Below, piece by piece: positions 1-8,489 of a stretch of DNA of 64,000 bases. The notes under the pieces were generated by a model. The model did no database searches. It saw nothing but the letters and a program-made list of their open reading frames with translations, and was not told where the DNA came from. The translations under genes and the position numbers were made by a program. Position 1 is the first letter of the stretch. Every line of letters starts with the position of its first letter. The DNA is from a virus: positions 1 to 64,000 of the IMG/VR virus record IMGVR_UViG_3300007511_001396; one strand, 5' to 3'.

Positions 1-96
1 ATGGCAGCATTGAACAATAGAAGTTATATTGGTATCGACGTATCAGAAGAATACTGCGGCGTAGCCAAAGAAAGAATCGAGGGCTGCGGTGGATAA
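1..96 (+). CDS. C-terminal end of site-specific DNA methyltransferase (N4/N6 type), partial
   Basis: Frame 1 reads AALNNRSYIGIDVSEEYCGVAKERI, a typical N6/N4-MTase C-terminus; stop at 94-96. Confidence 0.7.
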   Translation: MAALNNRSYIGIDVSEEYCGVAKERIEGCGG

Positions 97-119
97 GCCA
101 TGGTACTTATATGTGGTAA

Positions 120-148
120 TTGTACCGAAGCAGTGTAATCAATATAGT
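120..148 (+). promoter_or_regulatory. Putative sigma70-type promoter TTGTAC-N17-TATAGT
   Basis: Near-consensus boxes, 17-bp spacer, 20 nt upstream of ORF 169. Confidence 0.4.
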
Positions 149-168
149 ATAGAGAGCATAAAGAATAA

Positions 169-447
169 ATGAGTTATAGAAATTACAACACAGACATTGA
201 AGTAGGAGATCTAATCAAATGGATTGAAGGTGGATACAGAAAACCATTTGGTGAAAGCTATGATCCTGATGCTAAGAGAATAGGAATAGTGAAGCGTATA
301 ATATGGTCAACACGTGGAGGACCCCCAACATTGATAGCACAAAGTTTGGACAACAAAGAGTGGACGATAGGTCTTGCACATACAGTAATTATATCGAAAA
401 CAAAGGAAGTACAAATAACCAGCGAGAGTAAAGGAAATAAATGTTAA
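169..447 (+). CDS. Small SH3/KOW-like beta-barrel hypothetical protein
   Basis: IEVGDLIKW...RIGIVKRI pattern shared with other small ORFs in the window. Confidence 0.6.
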   Translation: MSYRNYNTDIEVGDLIKWIEGGYRKPFGESYDPDAKRIGIVKRIIWSTRGGPPTLIAQSLDNKEWTIGLAHTVIISKTKEVQITSESKGNKC

Positions 448-539
448 ACTTGTTTATAGCAGCAATAGTATCGTCAATGTTTTCAATTATAGCATATGAG
501 GTAGTAGCATTGTATAAAGAGAGAGATTATAGAGAGTAA
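441..539 (+). CDS. 32-aa single-TM peptide (not in ORF track)
   Basis: AAGGA RBS; MLNLFIAAIVSSMFSIIAYEVVALYKERDYRE*; overlaps stop of the previous gene. Confidence 0.5.
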   Translation: MLNLFIAAIVSSMFSIIAYEVVALYKERDYRE

Positions 540-776
540 GAAGATATAAAGATATTATTACAGATGTATAGAGATATATGTGTATAGTGTGTATAGATTA
601 TAGAGATATTATAGAGAGAGAATAGAGTGATTTGTGTACGTAGTGTGCATAAGTGGGATAAAGTGGTAGATAGTGGAACATTGTGGAATAAGGTGACTGT
701 TACGCTGGAGGTGATGGTTGGTGATGGGTTGGCGGAAATGTAATCAGTGGTGTGAAGGCTGTGATGGTGTGTGGGT

Positions 777-805
777 ATTATGCCCCACCACAGGCCATCA
801 GTCAA
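777..805 (-). promoter_or_regulatory. Putative leftward sigma70 promoter TTGACT-N17-CATAAT
   Basis: Read on minus strand from 805; lies at the G-rich/C-rich boundary. Confidence 0.4.
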
Positions 806-914
806 GCAATACTTTCACTTATTTTCACCACCACAAAACGCCGCATACACCCACATAAGCCCCGATTTCCCCCGCAAATCAGCGACAGATAAACGACAAA
901 CCAAGGACAGATAA

Positions 915-1370
915 ATGATAACAAACACAGCAACCAACCCCGCCACAAACGAGCGTCTCCATCACGTAGACGACAAACTGCTCACATCGTTTGAAATATG
1001 CGTAATGCAACATATGCTTATTGCCTCATCTTACACTATCCCGTGTGGCAGTATTGGCAGAGATATAGAGAACTACGTCAGAACAACAGCAGAGATGCTT
1101 ATATTGTCTGGGTATGCTGGCTGGACTGACGACAGCTATACCACAATTGTCCCCACAGATGACGGCATTACTGTAGGAGATGCATATAAAGAATACTTTA
1201 AAAGCGTAACACAATCACTGTTACGGACATATTTGGACGCATATAGACTATTCATTGAGACATTGCCAGCACATGAAGGCTTGACAGCACATGAAGGCTT
1301 GACAGCACATGAAGGCTCGCCAGCACATGAAGGCTTGACAGCATATGAAAGAACAGTGCCAGCGTGCTAG
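915..1370 (+). CDS. Hypothetical protein, possible winged-helix-like region, with C-terminal (L-T/P-A-H-E-G)n repeats
   Basis: AAGGA RBS at 903; MLILSGYAGW...IVPTDDG resembles a wHTH wing; repeat-encoded tail. Confidence 0.45.
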   Translation: MITNTATNPATNERLHHVDDKLLTSFEICVMQHMLIASSYTIPCGSIGRDIENYVRTTAEMLILSGYAGWTDDSYTTIVPTDDGITVGDAYKEYFKSVTQSLLRTYLDAYRLFIETLPAHEGLTAHEGLTAHEGSPAHEGLTAYERTVPAC

Positions 1371-1477
1371 TCACAAAAGCTCTTCTCCCTATAAGGGCTA
1401 CCAAGCCTCACGGTATCAAAAAGCCCGATTTGCATGAAGGCTTGCCAGCACATGAAGGCTTGCCAGCGCATGAAGGC
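1263..1477 (+). repeat. 18-bp tandem repeat TTG(A/C)CAGCACATGAAGGC: 5 copies at 1263-1352 plus 2.5 copies at ~1431-1477
   Basis: Directly visible units at 1263,1281,1299,1317,1335,1442,1460. Confidence 0.95.
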
Positions 1478-2277
1478 ATATAACGCTACAAGCAACTACT
1501 TAATAGTGACGGCGCTCCTACGGCAGCCCGTTGCGATACAGTATCGTCCCAATAACCGCCCCTTTATGGATACATGGCTTTACACACAGCAGGGAATACA
1601 TCATAATCGCAGCAGGATGCCCACAGATAGCCTTCAAAAACAAGATGAGCCCCATCACAGGCGTACAAAAAGAGAAGGCCCACCAAGCCCCTCCAAGCCC
1701 CATTAACCCAACAACACATTGTTACGGTTATAACAACCCTCCAACTTTCAACAGAGAGTACATTAATGAGTTATTTGCGCCCTACTATCATCACGTATTT
1801 GTTACGTTTTGTTACAGACAGTAGAGGCTATTTGACGTTTAGCATACCACCTATCCAACCCATTGTCCCAATACACCCGAAGGAGCCAACAAAATGAACA
1901 CAGTAAATCTACGTGATAGAGTAGCAGCCAGAGTCTCAACCGTAACATTGAACGCCACACTGTTACTTGCCGTAACATTAGGTTGGATTGCAATCGTAAC
2001 AAGCAAAACAATCAGAGGTGAATAGATGTGTAAGTGTGCGTAATCATTGAGGTTTAATATGCTTTAGCGTAACATTTTTTGTTACGTGTAACAAGCGGTA
2101 CCCCCTACCCCCCTACCTAACGGAATGTATGTCCATACCGTAACTTGGCACGGGTCTTGCAGGCGTAGTCTCCGCAATAACACCCCGCAAAATTCCCAGA
2201 TCTAAAGCGTAACACCCGCGTAACAATGTTACAAAAAATGCCCAAAAAAAAATCCCACACTTTTAGAACACAACCTA

Positions 2278-2284
2278 CTATTTA
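2278..2284 (+). promoter_or_regulatory. CTATTTA putative phage late promoter (first of ~16 copies)
   Basis: Same CTA(T/C)TTA motif 15-50 nt upstream of starts at 4794,5100,8453,9658,13555,14666,15540,15849,18038,21153,21775,23293,24317,57594 and on the minus strand at 4518-4524. Confidence 0.7.
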
Positions 2285-2322
2285 CAATGTATTTTGAACA
2301 CAACCCCCACTGGAGACATCAA

Positions 2323-2643
2323 ATGAAAATCACGAAACAGCAGTTAATGCGCATTATCAAGGAAGAGTTAGCCAAAACAAACGAATGGCAAGCCTTCGCA
2401 AAAGATGAAGAAGAACCAATTCCTGATGATGATGACCTCGACAAAGAAGGTGAAGAATACGGTGCTGGTTGGAGATTCGCAAAGATGGAAAAATGGAATG
2501 ATACAGGCGCATTGCCTCCAGAGAATGCATCAGTACATTGGGAAGCTGGCTATAAAGCTTGGCAAGATAACGCATCGGGCAACATATATGAAGAAAATGT
2601 CGTCCAAAGTGTTATTGAAAAACTAGCGAATTCAAACAAGTGA
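2323..2643 (+). CDS. Acidic hypothetical protein with MKITKQQLMRIIKEE leader (putative internal virion protein)
   Basis: GGAG RBS at 2312 supports start 2323; leader motif shared with 2640 and 23320. Confidence 0.7.
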   Translation: MKITKQQLMRIIKEELAKTNEWQAFAKDEEEPIPDDDDLDKEGEEYGAGWRFAKMEKWNDTGALPPENASVHWEAGYKAWQDNASGNIYEENVVQSVIEKLANSNK

Positions 2644-2930
2644 AAATAAATAAATCTACATTGATGAACATAATCAAGGAAGAAATAAAAGAGGTGTTGG
2701 CAGAAGGTTGGTCTGACGATTCCATTCAGTCGCGAGTTGATGCTGCGGCAGCCAGAGCCTTCGACGTTGTTTCGCTTTGGGCAGATAAAAGCAACATAAG
2801 TCGACAAGAGTTTATGGACCAATATGAGCACCAAGGCGAAGAAAGTATTGTGAGAGGATTACTTTCGCTTAACAACGCTGACCCTCAAGAAGTCGAAGCC
2901 GAATTAGACTTCATCGAAAAACACATTTAA
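2640..2930 (+). CDS. Hypothetical protein with MKINKSTLMNIIKEEIKEVLAE leader
   Basis: GTG start overlapping previous stop; leader motif. Confidence 0.7.
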   Translation: MKINKSTLMNIIKEEIKEVLAEGWSDDSIQSRVDAAAARAFDVVSLWADKSNISRQEFMDQYEHQGEESIVRGLLSLNNADPQEVEAELDFIEKHI

Positions 2931-2943
2931 CAGAAGGTGACGC

Positions 2944-3165
2944 TTGATAACTCCATTACAGTTTATTGATATATACGAGAGAGCATCTTGCGTTATGATA
3001 CATGCTACTCAGTGCTTAGTGTTGCTCCCAGAGGTGTGTGAGTATGCCGTGAGCCTTGAGAAAAAGATAAAAGAGCTAGAGGGCAGGCTTGAAAATCTTG
3101 AGGGACTAGAGGGCAAGCCTGAGCTCATGCAAAAACACAAAGAGAGAAAACTTCCACCTTGCTAA
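2944..3165 (+). CDS. Hypothetical coiled-coil protein
   Basis: GAAGG RBS; LEKKIKELEGRLENLE heptads. Confidence 0.5.
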   Translation: MITPLQFIDIYERASCVMIHATQCLVLLPEVCEYAVSLEKKIKELEGRLENLEGLEGKPELMQKHKERKLPPC

Positions 3166-3187
3166 AAATACTTATCCGTGTTATAAT
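3159..3187 (+). promoter_or_regulatory. sigma70-type promoter TTGCTA-N17-TATAAT with extended -10 TG
   Basis: Boxes at 3159-3164 and 3182-3187. Confidence 0.6.
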
Positions 3188-3230
3188 AGAAGAAGCAGTT
3201 ACAGTAATATACAATAAGGTAAGCGACATA

Positions 3231-3443
3231 ATGAACCCCACACCAAATCTAGTCAAAGGCGACCTAGTTGTAAGACATTACAGACACTATCCTTTCATTA
3301 GGCCATCCAATTTCTTACAACTAGGAATAATAATGAATGAAATGGACGATAACGTTGTTGAAGTGTATTGGTTCCAAGCTAAAACAAACGAAAGAGTAAC
3401 AAAGAAAGAGCTGGATATAGTAAATGGGCATTCAGAAAAATAA
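3231..3443 (+). CDS. Small SH3/KOW-like protein
   Basis: LVKGDLVVR...LGIIM...VEVYW; start moved downstream of the promoter. Confidence 0.6.
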   Translation: MNPTPNLVKGDLVVRHYRHYPFIRPSNFLQLGIIMNEMDDNVVEVYWFQAKTNERVTKKELDIVNGHSEK

Positions 3444-3666
3444 AACTGCGCATATTATAAGAAAGTCTAGCCGAATGCTTAAGAAGGGTGACCTTGTGGC
3501 AAAAGACGCATATGTGTATAGCCCAGATCGTTATGGTATAGTGATAAATGTTGTCGACAAGAAGACGGTAGATGTATATTGGCTTGATAGCAATAGCTAC
3601 CCTTGGTATAGGCAACAGTCGTCTATGCAAACGAGACACCTGAGACTGTTGTCAAGTGTGGACTAA
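3424..3666 (+). CDS. Small SH3/KOW-like protein (start may be 3475)
   Basis: LKKGDLVAK...YGIVINV...VDVYW. Confidence 0.6.
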   Translation: MGIQKNKTAHIIRKSSRMLKKGDLVAKDAYVYSPDRYGIVINVVDKKTVDVYWLDSNSYPWYRQQSSMQTRHLRLLSSVD

Positions 3667-4499
3667 ACCTCTTCACAGATGATAAAGAGTCCACTTTTTG
3701 GCTTGTGTATTTCTTTAATGCGAACTTGGCCTTTCCTGATTACTTCTTGCTCGTCCGGGTAGACCGAAAAAGAAAAAACTGGAGCGCCTGTTTTCGGACG
3801 TCTAATCATCAACAAGCATCTAATTTTTGTTGAGTGTTCATCGGGTCCAACGTAGATAAAACTTCGAGCTTGTTCTTCATCAGCAGTCCATGAAGATAAG
3901 TCGCGACCAAACATCATTCCAACCTTTAACTCGCTTGCAACATCTTGCGGCAACATTATGCCACGATATATGCTTTGGATGTTGTTCGAAGAGCGTATGC
4001 TGCCTTGCGCCATAGCACTAATTAATGTGTTGGCGACTTGATACTCTCCCAAGCTTGTTTCTACGTCTCCAGCTTTATCGGATTCTCTCCCCAAATTCCT
4101 TAACGTATCCGCCAAGTGTCCAGTAGCCTTGGATTTATCTTTATTGAAATTAGACGGATCGCGGACAGATTCGACATTGCCGCCTGTAAATAAGGCAATA
4201 GACGTCTGTATTATCGTCTGAAAGTCGTCGGTGTTTTTTTGTTTTGCTAATGACTCCTCATCTGTTCCCAAATATGACTTATATTCTGCCCAAGTGCTAA
4301 AGAGTCCTTGTGACGCAAGCTGGTTGGCGACAATGCTGACGAAATCTTGTTCCGGTGATTCCTCCATCGAGAGGGAGTCTTGGAAGTTGTCGTCGATTGG
4401 CCTGCCGGATGCGTGTGTTGCCGATAGTATGTCGTCGAGTGTGTCGGTTGCGCTTGATTCTTTTATTAGTTTGCGCCAGTTTTCTATTATTAATTTCAT
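3663..4499 (-). CDS. R-S-E type mono-ADP-ribosyltransferase with MKLIIENWRKLIKE leader
   Basis: IYRG, LSSWT, DEQEV motifs in canonical order; only credible minus-strand gene. Confidence 0.8.
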   Translation of the reverse strand: MKLIIENWRKLIKESSATDTLDDILSATHASGRPIDDNFQDSLSMEESPEQDFVSIVANQLASQGLFSTWAEYKSYLGTDEESLAKQKNTDDFQTIIQTSIALFTGGNVESVRDPSNFNKDKSKATGHLADTLRNLGRESDKAGDVETSLGEYQVANTLISAMAQGSIRSSNNIQSIYRGIMLPQDVASELKVGMMFGRDLSSWTADEEQARSFIYVGPDEHSTKIRCLLMIRRPKTGAPVFSFSVYPDEQEVIRKGQVRIKEIHKPKSGLFIICEEV

Positions 4500-4543
4500 T
4501 TATTAAGCCTTTCATTTTAAATAGTGTGTGAAAGGCTTAATAA
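4500..4543 (-). promoter_or_regulatory. Perfect 15-bp inverted repeat covering the ART RBS, with CTATTTA in the 14-nt loop
   Basis: TTATTAAGCCTTTCA (4500-4514) / TGAAAGGCTTAATAA (4529-4543); TAAATAG at 4518-4524. Confidence 0.85.
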
Positions 4544-4557
4544 CTAGTAGTTAGTGT

Positions 4558-4788
4558 ATGAGAACAGGCACTTTAGTATCCTTAAAAAATATGAATGACT
4601 GGGAGATGTATGGTGGCCGTGAGAATGGCAAATATGGCATCATTCTTGGCGTTGGTGATGTGTGGGATTTCCACACGTCGCAACCGTTAACCGACGAGAC
4701 AGTTGGCTATCGTGTATTATGGCATGATGGACATTGCGATGTGTATTGGGAATATGAATTGCAAATAATCAGTGAAGTAAAGCCTTGA
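4558..4788 (+). CDS. Small SH3/KOW-like protein
   Basis: MRTGTLVSL...YGIILGV...YRVLW...ELQIISE. Confidence 0.65.
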   Translation: MRTGTLVSLKNMNDWEMYGGRENGKYGIILGVGDVWDFHTSQPLTDETVGYRVLWHDGHCDVYWEYELQIISEVKP

Positions 4789-4817
4789 GTCAGCTACTTA
4801 TTGTAGAGGCAATTGTA

Positions 4818-5084
4818 ATGACACGTAATGAAAATTTTAGAGCAATAATACTAGAAGAGCTAACAAAGACTGATAAAACTGAAATTAAGAAAATGATTTC
4901 GACTGAAGTTGAGAAAAATCTAAAGAAAGAGTTGAAAGATGCGCTTGCTGATGAACTAACCAAGGCGTTAAATTCTAAAGCAACAAAGGAAGACATTGCC
5001 GAAATAACCAAAAAAGTTATGAAGAAGCTTTATAAAGATTTATCTTACCATCATCCCTATATTATCGACCGAATAAAGGTCTAA
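4818..5084 (+). CDS. Helical hypothetical protein with FRAIILEEL leader-like motif
   Basis: CTACTTA at 4794 and GAGG RBS support start 4818. Confidence 0.65.
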   Translation: MTRNENFRAIILEELTKTDKTEIKKMISTEVEKNLKKELKDALADELTKALNSKATKEDIAEITKKVMKKLYKDLSYHHPYIIDRIKV

Positions 5085-5144
5085 ACAACTTCTGGTGCTC
5101 TATTTAAGGGCAATCAAAGCTACAAAGCTTAAAGGAATGAAGAA

Positions 5145-5408
5145 ATGAGTATTAAAATTGGTGCCTTATTGGCTTTTTTGGTGGTAGGCTCTTTGGGAAC
5201 GGGCACTGCAGCGGTTAATTTTAAATCTATTGAATCAAAAGATAATTTAAGAACAGTTGAAGACATTCAGGCAGCCACAATGTATCATGAAATGATTCTT
5301 GTTGCTCCGAATACTTGTTCAACAGAAGAGGTTACAATCGAGAAAAAAATTACGTGTTTTGATAATGAACTTGAATGGTTGATTATATCTGAGGAATCTC
5401 CTATCTAA
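5145..5408 (+). CDS. Secreted/membrane hypothetical protein
   Basis: N-terminal signal-like hydrophobic stretch; AAGGA RBS. Confidence 0.55.
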   Translation: MSIKIGALLAFLVVGSLGTGTAAVNFKSIESKDNLRTVEDIQAATMYHEMILVAPNTCSTEEVTIEKKITCFDNELEWLIISEESPI

Positions 5409-5414
5409 TAATGT

Positions 5415-5651
5415 ATGAGGATTATTTCGTTAAAAATAGGACAGTTGATTCAAGATACGGCCACAGGCGAAATAGGACTCCTTATAAGACGTTATAACGT
5501 TATTCCAGAGTGTGACCCCGCAGTCTGGGTGTGGGAAGTGCTGTGGACTGGTGCCCAATCTAGCGACCAGCGTCGCGTCGACATTTATACAGAAGAAGGT
5601 ATAAAAAATATGATATTGTCCGAAGTATTTCAAGAAATTAAAAGTATTTAA
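5415..5651 (+). CDS. Small SH3/KOW-like protein
   Basis: LKIGQLIQD...IGLLIRR...WEVLW; paralog of 5655. Confidence 0.65.
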   Translation: MRIISLKIGQLIQDTATGEIGLLIRRYNVIPECDPAVWVWEVLWTGAQSSDQRRVDIYTEEGIKNMILSEVFQEIKSI

Positions 5652-5654
5652 AAT

Positions 5655-5945
5655 ATGTACGATGAATACTTGCGAAAGAGCTTAAAAGATGTTATATTAA
5701 CTGTAGGCGATCTGATTATTGATATCGGAGGTGGACATATTGGAGTCCTTGTCAGACGAACCCATAGAATAGATATCATTGAAGATGATGTTTACATATG
5801 GGAGATCTTGTGGATCAGAGATATGACTCTACAGTCGATAGATGTGCCCAGAGATAGTCGATTAGAAGAAGATAATTTAAAAACATCAATAATAATGGGA
5901 ATTTATGACTGGTTCCCAGTAACAGGAGAGCAAAATGACATATAG
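5655..5945 (+). CDS. Small SH3/KOW-like protein
   Basis: LTVGDLIID...IGVLVRR...WEILW. Confidence 0.65.
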   Translation: MYDEYLRKSLKDVILTVGDLIIDIGGGHIGVLVRRTHRIDIIEDDVYIWEILWIRDMTLQSIDVPRDSRLEEDNLKTSIIMGIYDWFPVTGEQNDI

Positions 5946-6387
5946 TTGGAACGTTTACAAGCTATTTAAGAGCGGCAAAAGGGCAAAAGCGCCAGTTGTT
6001 ACATTTGAACATGAAAATGGAGAAGATGTAGATGATTTTTTCGATAATAATATTAAAACAACGTTTGCAGGGCGAGCACTTGAGGCCAAATATCTCTTAT
6101 TAAGGAGTGATTTGTCCCAAGTTAGCGAAATTAGACAAACTGATGACAAAAATAAAAAGTTTTTGGTTGAATGTGGGAGAATAGTTACTCAGAATTTAAC
6201 AGAAGCAGGCAAATCGGTTGAAAATTTAGGCAGTGCGCTTGTTTATTGTAAAGAAAGTCAATGGAAGTGGCAATGGGCGGCAATAGAACGTGGCACTGGT
6301 CATTATGCTCATGGCGCATCACCTCTTTTTAACAGTGGAAAGGAGGCAGATGAGTGGATGAACGAAAAGATATCTCAAAACACATAA
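5935..6387 (+). CDS. Hypothetical protein
   Basis: AGGAG RBS, 150-aa ORF in gene run. Confidence 0.65.
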   Translation: MTYSWNVYKLFKSGKRAKAPVVTFEHENGEDVDDFFDNNIKTTFAGRALEAKYLLLRSDLSQVSEIRQTDDKNKKFLVECGRIVTQNLTEAGKSVENLGSALVYCKESQWKWQWAAIERGTGHYAHGASPLFNSGKEADEWMNEKISQNT

Positions 6388-6590
6388 CTTGGGAAATTAA
6401 ACGTGGCGACCTAGTAAAAGTAAAACATTTTGACAAGACCGGGGATACATTTTATAGGTGTGGGTTAGTTTTAGAGAGAGAAATAACTAATCAACGAGAT
6501 TTATTCCCCCAAGCACGCATCTTAGTCTTCGCGACCGGCCAAGAGATACTAGTTTATCCAGCTTATGTTGATTTAATTTCAGCATCATAG
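6354..6590 (+). CDS. Small SH3/KOW-like protein
   Basis: AGGAGG RBS; IKRGDLVKV...CGLVLE. Confidence 0.6.
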   Translation: MDERKDISKHITWEIKRGDLVKVKHFDKTGDTFYRCGLVLEREITNQRDLFPQARILVFATGQEILVYPAYVDLISAS

Positions 6591-6641
6591 TAAAATTCAA
6601 ACATTTCACTTCTACGTATCTATATGTAGGAGTGTTTTTTT

Positions 6642-6812
6642 ATGTATACCCGTTTTCAAAAAATGGTGCTTTGGACTACCTTTTCGGCTATTTGTGTCAA
6701 TATAGGCATCCTTATGTATGCTAACTGGTCAAACAATTTCGAATTACAGATTATTTCTATTTTAAATATGATTTTATTGAGTTGTGTTCTCTTACGCGAA
6801 GATACAAAATAA
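6642..6812 (+). CDS. 56-aa two-TM membrane protein (not in ORF track)
   Basis: AGGAG RBS; MYTRFQKMVLWTTFSAICVNIGILMY...IISILNMILLSCVLLREDTK*. Confidence 0.6.
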   Translation: MYTRFQKMVLWTTFSAICVNIGILMYANWSNNFELQIISILNMILLSCVLLREDTK

Positions 6813-6828
6813 TAGGAGTGTTTTTAGA

Positions 6829-8427
6829 ATGAAACAGTATGTGAAATATATTTTTGTTCTGGCGGCTATTTTTACTAGCTGCACAGAATATGAACTTCAT
6901 GGTGATAAAAAAACGGTGGTAGTGCCCGAAGAGTCTCCTGATATCTCTGTATATCCTACACATATTGATTTTGGCTCTCTTAATGCGGACGGAGACATTG
7001 CATCAGAAGTAATAGTGATCACTAACGATGGACTTGATACTCTAAATCTTGACAACCTTGAAATGAAGGTTGGTAGTAGCGTCTTTTCTTTGTCCTCATT
7101 GGCCGTAGGATCGCTTGAGCCTGACGAAAAAACAGAACTGACCTTGACATACGATCCAGAAACTTATTCTAGCGACAGCGATTCTATCGTCATTTATTCT
7201 AACGACCCAGATGAACACATTTTAGAAATTCCAATTGTTGGAGAGGGTGCGGCTCCTGTGATTGATATTTCGCCAGAAGAACAAGATATGGGTATGACTT
7301 TAGTCGGCTGCGAAAATGAACAAATAATAAAGATCTCTAATTTTGGTAATGTTGATCTCGAAATAACAAGTGTTAATTATTTTGTTTCTTATCCTGCTGA
7401 CCTTTCTATCAGCACAGAAGAAAATATTAATGGTTTTCTGCCTTGGATTATACCACCAGGTGATTCTAAAATGGTCAAAGTGTATCATAACCCAATGGAC
7501 AGTGGTGCTGATTCAGGCTTTATCGAAATAGAGTCAAACGACCCCTTTGTTCCTGTTGCTGTTGCTGACCAAGACGCTTTTGGGGATTACACGGCGACAT
7601 TTGAAGAAAGATTTGAACAAGAAGAGATTGATTCCGTTGATGTCTTGTTTGTTGTTGATAACTCAGGTTCCATGGGATTCAATCAGATCAATTTATTGAA
7701 CAATTTCAATAGATTCCTAGTGTATTTAACATCTTCCGGAGTTTCATACAATATAGCTTTCATAACTACTGATGATCATGAGCTTGTTGGCCCTGTCATT
7801 AATTCTATGTTGGCAGATCCGTTAGCAGAAGCGTTGACACAAATAGGAAGTATCGGCACCAGAGGAAGCGCCCATGAACAAGGGTTTCAATCATCTCACG
7901 ATGCCCTACAGGCAGGTGGTCCAGCAGGAGATGGTGGGGACTTTTTCAGAAGAGATGCCAAATTAGTTATTATCTATGTTTCCGATGAAGATGATAGAAC
8001 ATATTCACACACACCTGCCACAATGTCTTCTTTTTTGTGGAGCTTAAAAAGCGATACTACGTTGGTAGTAGCTCATGCTATTGCTGGTGATGTGCCAGGG
8101 GGGTGTTCAACTAATGGTGGAGCAGATGAGGCACTAGAATACTTTGATTTGGTGGGATTAATGGGAGGAACATTCTTGTCTATCTGTGAAGATGATTGGA
8201 GTACACCGATGGAGAGCTTGGCTACTGCTTCTATTGTGTATGACACTTTTTTCCTCACCGAAACCCCCCTAGAGCGTACCATTCAAGTATTTGTAAATGG
8301 CGTAGAGGAATCTGGTTGGGTTTATAATAGTTCTGATAATTCTATTGTGTTTGAACGCTCTGCTATTCCATATGATGGCGATGACATTATTGTGGAGTAT
8401 GCTACCTTAGCTGAATGTATTGAGTAG
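6829..8427 (+). CDS. Lipoprotein with Ig-like (choice-of-anchor D-like) repeats and a VWA domain
   Basis: Lipobox IFTS-C; two xSNDP Ig-like repeats; MIDAS DVLFVVDNSGSM and VSDEDD. Confidence 0.8.
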   Translation: MKQYVKYIFVLAAIFTSCTEYELHGDKKTVVVPEESPDISVYPTHIDFGSLNADGDIASEVIVITNDGLDTLNLDNLEMKVGSSVFSLSSLAVGSLEPDEKTELTLTYDPETYSSDSDSIVIYSNDPDEHILEIPIVGEGAAPVIDISPEEQDMGMTLVGCENEQIIKISNFGNVDLEITSVNYFVSYPADLSISTEENINGFLPWIIPPGDSKMVKVYHNPMDSGADSGFIEIESNDPFVPVAVADQDAFGDYTATFEERFEQEEIDSVDVLFVVDNSGSMGFNQINLLNNFNRFLVYLTSSGVSYNIAFITTDDHELVGPVINSMLADPLAEALTQIGSIGTRGSAHEQGFQSSHDALQAGGPAGDGGDFFRRDAKLVIIYVSDEDDRTYSHTPATMSSFLWSLKSDTTLVVAHAIAGDVPGGCSTNGGADEALEYFDLVGLMGGTFLSICEDDWSTPMESLATASIVYDTFFLTETPLERTIQVFVNGVEESGWVYNSSDNSIVFERSAIPYDGDDIIVEYATLAECIE

Positions 8428-8489
8428 TTTATTATTTTTGGTTCTCTCCGATCTACTTATTAACGATATAAAGAAACAAGGAGTTTTAG

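Larger units (their letters stand above)
698..2233. repeat. Dispersed CGTAACA/TGTTACG heptamer array (12 exact + 5 one-mismatch copies, both orientations)
   Basis: Exact at 698,1205,1219,1720,1800,1941,1971,1995,2068,2080,2208,2219; variants at 1810,1961,2087,2139,2227. Confidence 0.9.

Noticed and set aside
1263-1477. CRISPR array
   Set aside because: Repeats are 18 bp and head-to-tail with no unique spacers
527-2011. ORFs 527-805(-), 1026-1214(-), 1434-1706, 1518-1703(-), 1531-1824, 1802-2011(-)
   Set aside because: No clear RBS or domain; products mirror repeats and skewed composition; not supportable as genes
4500-4543. Rho-independent terminator
   Set aside because: Lies between divergent gene starts, has an AT-rich stem, a large loop and no U-tract; better explained as RBS sequestration
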